Source: Candidatus Latescibacterota bacterium (GTDB taxonomy: Bacteria; Latescibacterota; UBA2968; GCA-2709665). From it: a DNA stretch of 64,000 nt. Below, one piece after another: positions 10,588 to 24,300 of this stretch. Each line of letters opens with the position of its first letter. Position 1 is the first letter of the stretch. The position numbers and the translations under genes were made by a program. The DNA lies in NCBI GenBank assembly GCA_965222075.1, contig OZ244937.1:3168001-3232000 (forward strand), given 5' to 3'. The notes beneath the pieces were generated by a model. That model worked only from the letters and a program-made list of their open reading frames with translations, was not told where the DNA came from and did no database searches.

Positions 10588-11871
10588 TTACCAGGCCGTC
10601 ATAGCGTCTTTGAACATGGCGTGCAGGTCCTCCGCGCTTGCGGGGCGGGGGGAGAGTTTGGTGACGCGGTGCTGGGGCAGGGTGCCTTCGACGAGGGCGG
10701 GGATGTCGGCTTCGGTGAAGCCGACCGCGCAGAGGCCGTTGGGCATTTCGAGCTGCTTCATCAGGGCGACGATGCGGTCGGCGAGGATGGGACCGGCTTG
10801 GGCCTCAGGGTCCGGGACGGCTGAGGTGGCGGCGCCGAGGTGGTCAGCGGCTTTGAGGTGGCGGTCAGGACAGGCGGGGCCGGTGAAACGGAAGACGGCC
10901 GGGGCGTTGAGGACGACGGATATGCCGTGGGGAACGATGGGGTGGTCGGTGATAAATTCTGGGGGGCTGTAGTCGCGGACCATGCCGGATACGGGGTAGG
11001 ACATGCCGTGGGGAAGGTGGCATCCGGCGTTGCCAAAGCCCATGCCGGCCATGCTGGAAGCAAGGATCATGTGGCTTCTGGCCTCATCGTCGTCCGGGTC
11101 GGCGACGGCGCGGACGAGGTATTCGGCCACGAGTTCGATCGCTTTTAGGGACCAGATGTCGCTGATGGGGTTGGTGCCTTGGTAGGCGGGGCGAAGGATG
11201 GGGCGGTCCGGCAGGGGGCGCTGGTCGTAGGGGATAGCGGTGTAGGATTCGAGGGCGTGGCAGAGTACGTCCAGGCCGGTAGAGGCGGCCACGACGGGGG
11301 GCATGGTGCGGGTGTTTTCGGGATCAACGATGCCCAGGGTGGGCTTGAGGCGGCGGTGGGCGATGCCGGTTTTCGCATGCTGTTCGGTCAGGTCGAAGAT
11401 GGTCACGCCGGTGGTTTCACTTCCGGTGCCGGCGGTGGTGGGAACCGCGATGAGGGGTTTTAGGGGGCCGGGCACGGGCTTGCCCTCCCCGATGGGGGCG
11501 TTGACATAGGCGAGGAAGTCGTCCGGGTAGGTCGAATAGAGGTTGGCGGCCTTTGCCGTGTCTATGGAGGAGCCTCCACCAACGGCGACAAAGACGTCGA
11601 AGCTGCCCTCGGCCGCAAAGGCGATGGCCTCCTTGAAGGAAGTGTCGGTGGGTTCGACCCGGACGTGGTCGAAGAGGGCGAAGTCGACACTTTCACGCTT
11701 GAGGGATTCGATCACCGCCTGGACCGGGGGTAGCCCCGCGAGGTTGGGGTCGGTGACGAGCATGGCGCGTTTGACGCCCAGGTCGGCGAGGTCCATGCCA
11801 ATTTCCCGCGTGGCGCCGGGGCCGAAGCGGAGGTTGGAAGCAGCCATTTCGAAGGCGTAGTCTTGTTCCAT
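10588..11871 (-). CDS. Hydroxyacid-oxoacid transhydrogenase (ADHFE1-like, iron-ADH family)
   Basis: DYAFEMAASNLRFG N-terminus, GGGSSID, PTTAGTGSE, RPAYQGTNPISD and HLPHGMSYP motifs. Confidence 0.9.
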   Translation of the reverse strand: MEQDYAFEMAASNLRFGPGATREIGMDLADLGVKRAMLVTDPNLAGLPPVQAVIESLKRESVDFALFDHVRVEPTDTSFKEAIAFAAEGSFDVFVAVGGGSSIDTAKAANLYSTYPDDFLAYVNAPIGEGKPVPGPLKPLIAVPTTAGTGSETTGVTIFDLTEQHAKTGIAHRRLKPTLGIVDPENTRTMPPVVAASTGLDVLCHALESYTAIPYDQRPLPDRPILRPAYQGTNPISDIWSLKAIELVAEYLVRAVADPDDDEARSHMILASSMAGMGFGNAGCHLPHGMSYPVSGMVRDYSPPEFITDHPIVPHGISVVLNAPAVFRFTGPACPDRHLKAADHLGAATSAVPDPEAQAGPILADRIVALMKQLEMPNGLCAVGFTEADIPALVEGTLPQHRVTKLSPRPASAEDLHAMFKDAMTAW

Positions 11872-11910
11872 AAGGTGGTTTCCCTCAGGGATAGCGTGTG
11901 GAAAGATAAA

Positions 11911-13848
11911 TCAAGGGGCAATTTCCTTGACATAACCGAATTTTTGTATTCCGCTCAAAAGTATAAACAATGCCAAACCGGCGATATGGAAGATAATGTC
12001 GGGCCAGAGGAGCAGGAAGGCGGCCAGGGCGAACAGGAGCCTCGGGAAACGGTTGAGCCGGGTAAGGTGGAAGCCTTCAAAAACGATGGCAAACGCCAGA
12101 AGACCCAGGGTAGCGCTGATGACGGTTTCCAGGACGCGCCAGAGTTCTCCTTCGAACAGGATGGGGGTATAACAGAAGAGCAGGGGGATGATGTAGAGCC
12201 CTTTGGCAATTTTCCAGGATTCGATCCCCGTTCTGAGCGGACTGCTGCCCGCAATTCCGGAGGCGGAATAGGCTGCCAGGCAGATAGGAGGGGTGACGTT
12301 GGCGTCCTGGGAGTACCAGAAGATGAGCATGTGGGCGGCCAGGCGGCTGACGCCGAGGTCTGTGAGGGCTGGCGCGGCCAGGACCGCCAGGACGATGTAG
12401 GAGGCGGTGACGGGCAAGCCCATGCCCAGGATGAGCGAAGCGGCGGCGATCAGGACGATGGTGATCAGGAGGCTGCTGCCGGAGATGCCGGCGATGAGGA
12501 GGGAGAATGTGACGCCGACGCCCACCAGGAGAACTACACCCACAACGATGCCGGCGCAGAGGAGGATGACACCGGTTGTGACCATATTTTTTGCGCCCAG
12601 GGCGAGGGCGTCCAGGATGTCTTTAAGGCCCATGCGGGTGTGGGGGTTCAGCCAGCTGGACAGGACGATGCCCAGGATGCTCGCGGATGCGGCGAAGGTG
12701 GGGGTGAATCCGTAGATGAGGAGGCCGACCAGCGCCCCGATCGGAATGAAGAAGTTCCACCCCTCTTTCAGGACGTCTGTGATTTTGGGGAGCTCGTTTT
12801 TTTTGAGTGGTCTGATGCCCTGCTTTTTCGCTCTGAGGTGGACGAAAAAGGTCACGCTGAGGAAGTAGATCGCCGCCGGGATAAAGGAGACGCCGACGAT
12901 TTTCAGGTAGGAGATCTGCGTCCACTGGCTCATGATAAACGCGCCGGCGCCCATAATAGGGGGCATGAGCTGGCCGCCGGTTGAGGCGGCGGCTTCAACG
13001 GCCGCCGAGAACGTGGGTGAGAATCCAATGCGTTTCATCATGGGGATGGTCAGCGATCCGGACCCCACGGTGTTTGCAACGGCGCTACCGGAGATAGACC
13101 CCAGCAGACCGCTGGCAAAGACCGCCATTTTGGCCGGGCCTCCCACGGCGCCTCCCAGAAGGGCGAGGGCGAGTTTGATCATAAACTCTCCGGCGCCGGA
13201 TTGGATGAGGAAGGCGCCGAAGAGGACAAAGAGGAAGACGAAGGTGGATGACACAGTGGCAACGGTTCCGAATATGCCGTCGGGGGCAAAGTACATACGA
13301 TAGAGCAGGCGGGTCAGGGAGACGCCCGGAAAGTTCCAGAGTCCACTGAGGAACTGCCCCCAGTATAACGCGTATGTCAGAAAGACGATGGCAAGGACCG
13401 GGATAAAGAGGCCGGATGTGCGGCGCGTGATTTCCAGCAGCAGGACGATCGCGATTCCGGCGAAGATGAGGTCTGCTGTGTTCGGGACCTGGTTCCGTGC
13501 ATGGAGGGCGTCCTCGAAGAAGACCAGGTAGAACGCGGTGAGGCAGGATAAGACCGCGAGCCCGTAATTGAGTTTTGGGGAGCGGGCGATACGTTTCTGG
13601 GATCCGGGATAGAGGATATAGCCCAGGAAGAGGACAAAGCCGAAGTGGATCGCGTTTCGCCGGATTTCGGGCATCACACCAATGGTATTGACCCAGAGAT
13701 GGAACAGGGACATGAGGATTGCCGCCCCATAGACGACCCCCGCGTTCCAGCCCGACAGGGTTCTCTGGGCAGCGAGAACCTCACCGCTTGTGTCACTCTG
13801 GGGGTGCGGCGAACCACCGATGTCGGCTTCTGGGTGCAATGTTGCCAT
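11911..13848 (-). CDS. TRAP transporter fused permease (4TM/12TM, TAXI-associated)
   Basis: GGPAK, SGSAVAN, GGQLMPPIMGAGAF, LGMGLPVTASY and NVTPP motifs. Confidence 0.92.
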   Translation of the reverse strand: MATLHPEADIGGSPHPQSDTSGEVLAAQRTLSGWNAGVVYGAAILMSLFHLWVNTIGVMPEIRRNAIHFGFVLFLGYILYPGSQKRIARSPKLNYGLAVLSCLTAFYLVFFEDALHARNQVPNTADLIFAGIAIVLLLEITRRTSGLFIPVLAIVFLTYALYWGQFLSGLWNFPGVSLTRLLYRMYFAPDGIFGTVATVSSTFVFLFVLFGAFLIQSGAGEFMIKLALALLGGAVGGPAKMAVFASGLLGSISGSAVANTVGSGSLTIPMMKRIGFSPTFSAAVEAAASTGGQLMPPIMGAGAFIMSQWTQISYLKIVGVSFIPAAIYFLSVTFFVHLRAKKQGIRPLKKNELPKITDVLKEGWNFFIPIGALVGLLIYGFTPTFAASASILGIVLSSWLNPHTRMGLKDILDALALGAKNMVTTGVILLCAGIVVGVVLLVGVGVTFSLLIAGISGSSLLITIVLIAAASLILGMGLPVTASYIVLAVLAAPALTDLGVSRLAAHMLIFWYSQDANVTPPICLAAYSASGIAGSSPLRTGIESWKIAKGLYIIPLLFCYTPILFEGELWRVLETVISATLGLLAFAIVFEGFHLTRLNRFPRLLFALAAFLLLWPDIIFHIAGLALFILLSGIQKFGYVKEIAP

Positions 13849-13883
13849 AGGTCAGGTAGATGGTCGGGCACATGGAGGTGGCC

Positions 13884-14873
13884 TCAAGGGCGACCGGCAA
13901 GGGGGGGCGGAATTTCAAGCCCCTGCTCCCTGTAGAATTTCGCTGCGCCGGGGTGGAGGGGGACAGACAGCCCCTCGATGGCCCTGTCCAGGGCCATGGC
14001 CGTGGTTGCTTTGTGGACGTTTTGAAGAAAGGGGAGGTTTTTATAGATGGTTTGGGTGACCAGGTATACCACGTCATCGGACAGGTCGGCGTGGCAGGCC
14101 AAAAAATTGGGTTGGGCAACCGTATGGATCGGCTCTGTCTGTCCCGGATAGGTTCCAGGCGGAATGACATATCTGTTCCAGACCGGATAGGCGCCCCGGA
14201 TGGAGACGACCTGCTGGTCGGTAAATTCCAGTACGGTGACCCTATCCTCGCCCATCTGGGCGTATACCTGCGTGACCGCAGCAACCGGGGGGCCGGCGGG
14301 CAGGGTGGCGCCGATAATCCGGCCGTCCATCATCGCCTGTGCAGAAGGACCATAGCCGAGGTATTCGGGGACCATGTCCGTTTCCGGGTCGATTCGCAGG
14401 GCGCTGAAGATGGTCCGGCTGGAGCCTTCGGTGCCGCTTCCTCTTTTGCCGATGGAGTATTTCCCGTTGAGATTTTTCAGGTCCAGGATGTTTCCGGTTG
14501 TTGCGTATTTTTTTGAGAGGACGAAATGTTCAACATTTTCCCACAGCATGGTGATCGAACGGAAGTCACGAAAAGGCCTGCCTGCGTACGGCCCTTTGCC
14601 GTCGTATGCCATGGCTCCGAACAGCCCCTGGAGGATCGCAAAATGGACTTCTCTGTTGGCCAGCATCTGAATATTTTCACCCGAACCGGCGGAGTTGATT
14701 GCAGAAGCCGTGATACGGGGCTGTAATTTGCTGCTGATCAGAGTGCCAATTGCAACCCCAACCGGATAGTAGGTGCCCCCGGGGGTTGCAGTGGCGATGA
14801 TCAGGTTGTTGGATTTTTCAGGCGAACAGGACAGGAGGAACAGACCCGCAGCAACCAAAACGGCAAATCGCAT
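13884..14873 (-). CDS. TAXI-family TRAP solute-binding lipoprotein
   Basis: LLSC lipobox; ATATPGGTYYPVG, SAGSGEN, GSGTE and PLHPGA motifs. Confidence 0.92.
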   Translation of the reverse strand: MRFAVLVAAGLFLLSCSPEKSNNLIIATATPGGTYYPVGVAIGTLISSKLQPRITASAINSAGSGENIQMLANREVHFAILQGLFGAMAYDGKGPYAGRPFRDFRSITMLWENVEHFVLSKKYATTGNILDLKNLNGKYSIGKRGSGTEGSSRTIFSALRIDPETDMVPEYLGYGPSAQAMMDGRIIGATLPAGPPVAAVTQVYAQMGEDRVTVLEFTDQQVVSIRGAYPVWNRYVIPPGTYPGQTEPIHTVAQPNFLACHADLSDDVVYLVTQTIYKNLPFLQNVHKATTAMALDRAIEGLSVPLHPGAAKFYREQGLEIPPPLAGRP

Positions 14874-15037
14874 GGCGTGACCTCGATTCAAAGGGTATCT
14901 ATGACTATGCTATCACTATCTAATAAAGAAACCGGATGTATCCCGTCAAGTAAAATCTTTGGTTTCTGCGGTTGGAAAAATGTGAAATGTGAATTTGTTC
15001 ACGTTTGAATGGTTATGTAAGGTAAGGGAATTGAGGC

Positions 15038-15066
15038 TTGACAACGCCTTATGGGATCTCTATACT
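15038..15066 (+). promoter_or_regulatory. Sigma-70 promoter
   Basis: TTGACA-N17-TATACT, 30 bp upstream of ATG 15097. Confidence 0.75.
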
Positions 15067-15096
15067 TCATTTGAGATACGATCAGGAGGGCTGTTT

Positions 15097-18228
<3,132 letters not shown>

Positions 18229-18287
18229 GGAAGAGGAAGTTCAAAGTTCAAAGTTGGTGGTGGAAACTTTGAACCTTGACGGGTAGC

Positions 18288-18317
18288 AAGCACGGGAAAG
18301 AATCCCGTGCTTTTTTT
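18288..18317 (+). terminator. Intrinsic terminator
   Basis: AAGCACGGGA-AAGAA-TCCCGTGCTTTTTTT. Confidence 0.8.
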
Positions 18318-18321
18318 GTCC

Positions 18322-19836
18322 CTATGGAGAAGCGCCGAAGTTTTCGGCGAAGATAACGAAGTCGGAAAAGGCGACGCGGCGGTCGCCGTCTAAGTCGTAG
18401 GTGGGAGTAAAACCGGGGTCTGCGGTTGTGTAGCCGAAGTTTCTGGCGAAGAGGACGAAGTCTGTAAAGTCGACTTTGCCGCTGGCGTCGAAATCGGAGG
18501 CGGCCACAGACGTTCCGTCTAAGGGAACGATGGTGAAGGTGTAGTCTTCGGTTTCGCCGGAGGTGCGGGTGACGGCTAAGGTGCGGGCATCCGGCCCGAA
18601 CGCGTTGATGCGCTTTCGGGCACCGGCCGGGATGGACAGGGAGGTGACGGCCGGTCCGGTGTCCCGTTCGGCGATAAGGACGGTTAGCAGGTCGCTGTCT
18701 CCGGCGCCGGTGATGTCTATGGAGAGGCCGGGAGAGGCCTCCAGGGCAAGGTAGTCAGTGCCCCAGAGCCCTACTTTCCGGGTGCGGTTCTGTGTGGGGA
18801 CGGCGACGGTGGACCGGTGGACCGGACCGAGGTCGAGACGCTGGTAGCCGAGGTGTGCCGGGCCGTCTAAGTAGGTTGCGGCCATCCAGTCTGCAAAGAG
18901 GGTCTCGAAGCGCTGTGAGGTGTTGCGGGACGCCAGCACCCCGTTGATGCCGGCAATTCCGTTTTCAGGTTCGGAAAGGAGGGGTTTGAGAACGGCTTCG
19001 CCGGAACGCTGGACAAAATAGGTCATCCAGAGGAAGGACTGGTCGAAGTGGAAGGGGAGGTCTTCCCAGAGGGTGAGGCTGGTGTAGGGATACTCCAGGA
19101 AGGCCGCTGCCGCAGTTTGCGTCGTGTCCTTGTACCCGCAGGCGAGTTCGGCGTATTCGGAGCAGCCTTCGTCCACCCATTTGTCTTCGTCGGGGTCGGC
19201 CCACCAGTGGAGCATGTGCTGGAATTCATGGGTGAGGGTGGCCCGGGCGAGGGTGCCGGTGATATCCAGCGGATGGGTGTCAATATAGAGGATTTCACGC
19301 GAGGTGGGCGGGCCCTGGTTTTCGGTGTCGAAATATCCAACAAAGGTGGTGCCGGTAATGGGGCTGTCGAGGATGTCGAGGAGTACGATGAGGATGCGGG
19401 AGTCGCCGTCCACGTCGGGAGGGGGGCCAAAGAGGTCTGTGTCGATTGAGTAGATGCCGCGGCCGGCGTCTCTGGGGGTGGTCCGGTCGAAGGCGCCGGC
19501 CAGGGAGTCGATGCCGGCCTGGGTGAGTGTCCCCCATACCTCGTCTTCGACGAAGATATAGCAGTGCCGGCCGACGAAGCGGCAGGTGGTGGTGGTCTGG
19601 TAGTGCCCTTTGTCGCCCAGGCGGAAGCTGAAGGCGGGAACGGTGAGGGGGTCGCCGACTTTGAAGGGCTGGACGGCCTGGAGTTTGGCGGCCACCCGCG
19701 GCAGGGATCCGGGCCGGGGCAGAAGGAGGGTGCCGCACACCGGGAGGAGGGGGTCCGCAAGGGCGGGTGTAGCGCCCAGGAGGAGGAGACAGGCAAAGAT
19801 GGCAGCAGCCGGGGAAGGGTTCCACTTCATAACCAT
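18322..19836 (-). CDS. Secreted HExxH metallopeptidase (M30/neutral-protease-like) with C-terminal dockerin/EF-hand-like repeat
   Basis: Signal peptide; LTHEFQHM...WVDEGCSE; two D-x-D-x-x-x-x-V-x-F-x-D-F repeats; start at 19836 or 19830 behind GGTGGAG. Confidence 0.8.
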   Translation of the reverse strand: MVMKWNPSPAAAIFACLLLLGATPALADPLLPVCGTLLLPRPGSLPRVAAKLQAVQPFKVGDPLTVPAFSFRLGDKGHYQTTTTCRFVGRHCYIFVEDEVWGTLTQAGIDSLAGAFDRTTPRDAGRGIYSIDTDLFGPPPDVDGDSRILIVLLDILDSPITGTTFVGYFDTENQGPPTSREILYIDTHPLDITGTLARATLTHEFQHMLHWWADPDEDKWVDEGCSEYAELACGYKDTTQTAAAAFLEYPYTSLTLWEDLPFHFDQSFLWMTYFVQRSGEAVLKPLLSEPENGIAGINGVLASRNTSQRFETLFADWMAATYLDGPAHLGYQRLDLGPVHRSTVAVPTQNRTRKVGLWGTDYLALEASPGLSIDITGAGDSDLLTVLIAERDTGPAVTSLSIPAGARKRINAFGPDARTLAVTRTSGETEDYTFTIVPLDGTSVAASDFDASGKVDFTDFVLFARNFGYTTADPGFTPTYDLDGDRRVAFSDFVIFAENFGASP

Positions 19837-19847
19837 TGATCTCCACC

Positions 19848-20492
19848 TTAGAATCTGATCCGCACCCGGCCCTGTAGACCGCCGTCGGGGTGGGGGACGA
19901 GCGCCATCCGGACCGTTTGGGGCGGTGTGGTTTGGGTTTTCCGGGCAATGCGGGCGGCGTTGAGGACGCTGGCAAACCGGTTGAAGATGAGCGCACCGGC
20001 GAAGAGGAAGGCCTTCTGGCCGGCCCAGGTTTTTTTGCTTCTGAGGGTCTGGAATTTTAAACGCGAGGCCTCGGAGTCCCACTCCCAGATGTTGTCCGGC
20101 GTTTCGGGTCTGAGTTCCCCCAGGTCTCCGGAGACGTACTCCTCATAGGCGTTTCGGGCGTAGATGCTTCGGAACCGTTCGAGCTCGTCAAAGTAGACGT
20201 TCGGCTTTCCACCCGTGTGGGCGCCGGCATGGGCCGCTGCAAAGGATTTGAAGGTGGTCTCCCGGGCAGAGGCCAGCGCCCGGAAGGCGAAGAGGCCGGT
20301 CCAGAAGGTGCCTTCGGTGAAGAGGAAGAATCGCCCGGACTTCCCACCCCCCGCGTAGAGCTCCCCCGTTCCGGGCAGGAGAAGGGAGAGGAAAGCGGCC
20401 TTGCGGGGGGATTTGGGGCCGTTTGCGTATGAAGGAATGGAAAAGGACGCAAGCAGGGAGAGGATGAGGAGACAGGCTACGAAACGTGTCAT
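19848..20492 (-). CDS. Hypothetical envelope protein (paralog of 20528..21322)
   Basis: Signal peptide, KSPRKAAFLSLLLPGTGELYAG and NRFASVLNAA motifs, C-terminal ...RIRF. Confidence 0.7.
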   Translation of the reverse strand: MTRFVACLLILSLLASFSIPSYANGPKSPRKAAFLSLLLPGTGELYAGGGKSGRFFLFTEGTFWTGLFAFRALASARETTFKSFAAAHAGAHTGGKPNVYFDELERFRSIYARNAYEEYVSGDLGELRPETPDNIWEWDSEASRLKFQTLRSKKTWAGQKAFLFAGALIFNRFASVLNAARIARKTQTTPPQTVRMALVPHPDGGLQGRVRIRF

Positions 20493-20527
20493 TGCCGGTT
20501 CCGGAAATATGGCTTTCAGAGAATGGG

Positions 20528-21322
20528 TCAAAAGCGTATGTTGAGGGCCGCAACTGCTGCGGGACGGCCGTCGGAGTCCAGGGGGGTGACCTCGATCCAG
20601 ATCCGTTTGGAGGCCTTTTCCGGGTTTAATGACCGGGCGTGGACCGAGACGTGGATGGCGCTTGCGATGCGGTTGACGACGGCAAGCCCCAGGATGACCG
20701 AGGCGCGTTTGAGGAATTTGTTGCTTTCGTTACGCTGGTTTTCATAGTCCAGTCGAATAGATGAGGTGACCTGGTCGTTGATGATGCTGAAGGAGACGTC
20801 CCGGATGTCGCTCCAGCCGTAGACGAACTGGTCGTATTTCCCGATCATTTCGTAGTACTGTTGGGTGTCCACCTTTGGGCAGTTGGCGGCATTGGGGTCG
20901 GTATGTTTGCAGGGCAGGGTTTCGGTTTCGTTATAAGGTCTTCCATGGGCCGCGTTGTAGACCTGCCAGTCCCGGTAGCGCGATTCGTTCCAGTGCTGGT
21001 CGGCGAACGCCCGGAATTTCGCTTTCAGGTCGTTCCCTTTGCTGCGCCAGCGGGTGTAGTTGATCCAGGTGAGCGCCTCTACGGCCACAAAGGCAATCGC
21101 CCGCTTTGTGGCCCCGGTATAGAATTCTCCAAGGCCGGGCACAACCAGGGACATCAGGAAGGCTACCTTAGAGGATTTGGGACCGGAATCGGCGGATTCC
21201 TGTAAAAACCGGGTCGATGTTCCATCCAGCGTGTAGCTGCGGGAGGAAGTCGGGGCGGTGAAGTCCGCTGCCCAGGCCGAACCGGCCCAGATCAGCAGGA
21301 CAGCAGCCATGAGGGTGCGCAT
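20528..21322 (-). CDS. Hypothetical envelope protein (DUF5683/TM2-like N-terminal motif)
   Basis: Signal peptide, KSSKVAFLMSLVVPGLGEFY, QQYYEMIGKY and NRIASAIH motifs, C-terminal ...NIRF. Confidence 0.72.
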   Translation of the reverse strand: MRTLMAAVLLIWAGSAWAADFTAPTSSRSYTLDGTSTRFLQESADSGPKSSKVAFLMSLVVPGLGEFYTGATKRAIAFVAVEALTWINYTRWRSKGNDLKAKFRAFADQHWNESRYRDWQVYNAAHGRPYNETETLPCKHTDPNAANCPKVDTQQYYEMIGKYDQFVYGWSDIRDVSFSIINDQVTSSIRLDYENQRNESNKFLKRASVILGLAVVNRIASAIHVSVHARSLNPEKASKRIWIEVTPLDSDGRPAAVAALNIRF

Positions 21323-21379
21323 GGGTCTGTTCCTTTCAAGAAAGTCACGCGTCGCGAGTCTCCCATTCCTTCCCCCCCC

Positions 21380-24300
21380 TTAGAGGCCGACGCTTTGTAG
21401 ATAGCCGAAGAGGAGGGTGAAGTAGAACTTCAGTCCGCTCCTGCGGGAAGGGTCTGTGGGACTGAGCAGGGGGGCGGTGTCGAAGCCGTAGGCGATGTTG
21501 AAACTGATCCGGGTGGGGAAGACGTAGAAGGAGGTGCCACCGTAGCGAAGCTGCGCCCCCACGTCCCGTTTCCACCCCCGTTTGAGGGTGCTGTCTGAGG
21601 CGGTGCCGTCCCAGGCGCGCCCGATGCCCGCGTAGATCGAGCCGTAGAGGTGGTCGGAGTAGACCGGGCCGGTCTGGCGGTTGATGCGGGTCCGGATCGG
21701 GAAGCGGTAGGCGGCCCGGAACATGGCGGCCCGGCTGCCTTCCAGGCTGTAAAAGGTGTAGCCTTTCAGATAGGGCAGCCCTCCCAGGTGAAAGTCGAAG
21801 AAGTCATCCACGGCGCTGTCGATGAGACCGCCGTAGAAGCGGAATCCAAGGGCACTCCGTCCGGGTCCGACGGGCAGGAATTCGCTCCAGTCGAGGGTGA
21901 ACTGATTGTAAAAATAATTGTCGTAAATTTCAACGAGGACGGAGGTGTTTTCTTTAAAGCCTCGGAGGAAGAAGTTGAAGAATCGGTCGTATCGGAAGGT
22001 GATCTGGCGGCCGGCGCGGGGGTTGATTTCCGAGTCTCGGGCGCGAGCCACGGACTTCAGGCGATACGAGAAGGCAAGGTCGAACCCGTTGAGGTAGGTC
22101 GCGCCCAGGGTGGTGCGGTTCAGGCCGTTGAAGCGGGCCTGGTCGATGATCCATCCGTAGCGGCTGTAGATGAGCCTGGCATCCAGCAACCCTCCCCGGC
22201 CCATCCGATACTTTGCTCCCAGTTCGATGCCGTTGAGGGCAAAGGTCCGGTTGAAGATACGGAAATCCCGGTCCCGGTCAACCACATCCTCTTCCACATT
22301 CCGTGTCACCCGGTAGGCCTCTAAAAAGAGGGTGGGGCGCCAGTGCCGGGATTCGTAGAGGCTGAAGAGGTCCACGTCCCTGTCGAGTGACATCATTCCG
22401 ACAAAAAAGAGGCCCTGTTTTCCCAGTACGTCGTCCGATCCGGTCTCAAAGCCGAGTTTGAGTTTGCCTGCATCTATGGCGATTCGGGGCAGGACGATGA
22501 GGGGGGTAAAATCGTTTTTGTAAGGCCGACTTTCCGGCTGTTCGACCTCTGCGAGTCGAGGAAGGGGAGGCGCCGTTCCCCGGGGGTGGAAGGCCAAAAG
22601 ATCGACCGATTCCCAGAGGCTTCGACCGTCAATGGTACGGATTTCGTAGCCCTTTGCACCGTAATATGTGAAGGCAATGCGCCCGTCGTGCGGGTGGACA
22701 TGGGGCTGTAAGGCCCCGCCCGGAACACGGGTGATCCGATGTACGGCCCCGTCGGTCAGATCGAGGTGGTAGAGGTCAAAGATCCCCTCCCGGTCGGAGG
22801 CGAAGACCAGGCCTGCACCGTCGGGCGTCCAGCAGGGGTCGCGGTCGGTGCCGGAGGATGCGACCACGCAGGTCCAGTCGCCTCCCTCTGCGGGGATGAC
22901 GGCGATATCCCGGCTGCCGTCGGGGCGGAAGATGGAGAAGGCGATCCGCTTTCCATCGGGAGACCACCGGGGGGTATAGACCAGGGTGCCGTCGTCGAAT
23001 TGCGTGAGGTAGCGAACTTCACGGGTGCTGGTATCCATGATGCCCAGGTTGGTGGAACCGCCCCTGTTTTTGACGAATGCGATGGCGGTTGCATCCGGAG
23101 CATAGGCGGGAAAGACGGCGCGGAGGCTGTGGGAGAGGCGTGTTTCTCCGGGGCGTTTTCCGCCGGACAGGCCAAGGATGCCCGCCGCTTTTTGGAACGC
23201 ACTCTTTTTATCCGGGTGAGACGGGTTTGCGGTGTAGAGGTCCCAGAATCTGCAGCCGTAGCGGTTGGGGGGGCTGCGGCGGGCAAAGAGGAGGTGCACC
23301 CCGTCGGGAGACCAGTCGAAGGCGGTGCGGGCGCCCGGCGCGACCAGCTCCTGGGTGCTGTCGGCAAAGGTGAAGGCGTAGAGGCCGGTCCGGCCGTAGT
23401 CGCTGCCGGCATTGGAGAGGTAGGCGAGCCGTTTGCCATTGGGGGACCAGCGGGGATAGAGGTTGAGGTAGCCCTCGGCGTGGACGACCTCCCCGGCGGC
23501 CGGGTCCGCCCCGATTTGGGCCTCCTGCATGCGGTAGCGCTCTTTTAAGGAGGCAACCCAACGCCTGTGGAGTTCCCGGCCGGAGATGCCGAGGGCCTCC
23601 TGAACCGCGCCTCCAAAGTCGGTGCGCCACCAGGTGGTCATGTTTTTGTAGATCCGTGCGAGGTTCTCCTCGCCGAAAGTGTTGACGATAAACAGGACAA
23701 GGGCATAGCCGTGGTCGTAGACCTTTTCGAACCCAAGGCCGGTTTTGGCGCCAAAGGCGTTCATCTCATCGTAGGTGAGGAGGGCGTCATTGAGGGTGGC
23801 CATCCGGAGGATCATATCCCGATGGGAATCCCAGCGGTCGTAATGGGCACCGGCGGCCATATACTGGGCCGTGCCCTCGGCGTACCAGGGGGGCACGATG
23901 GTTGTGGGAACAGCATAGGCGGCGAGGATGTCGGGGTAGCCGGTGAGGACATCGTCCCGTCGGCCCTCGCTCTGGTAGCCGAGGAATTGGAAGACGAGGG
24001 CGGGAAGGCGCCGGGTGCCCTTCCGGGCCGTTTGCAGGGAGATCAGGTGGGTGAGTTCGTGGGTGAACACGTTGCGCAGCCAATCGGTTTTTGTCCCCCG
24101 AAACTCGAAGTCGATGTTGATGCTGGAGGCCCAGATTTCGAGCATGTTGAAGGGGGGAATGGCCACCCCGAAGCCGATGTCGTCCACGTCTTTCAGGACA
24201 AGCCGGATCTTTTTGTCGGGCACGAACCCGTAGAGCCGGGTGATCGGCCCAAAGACCTCTTCTGCGGCTCTGGAGGCCCGCCCCGCAAAGCGTTCCAGGC

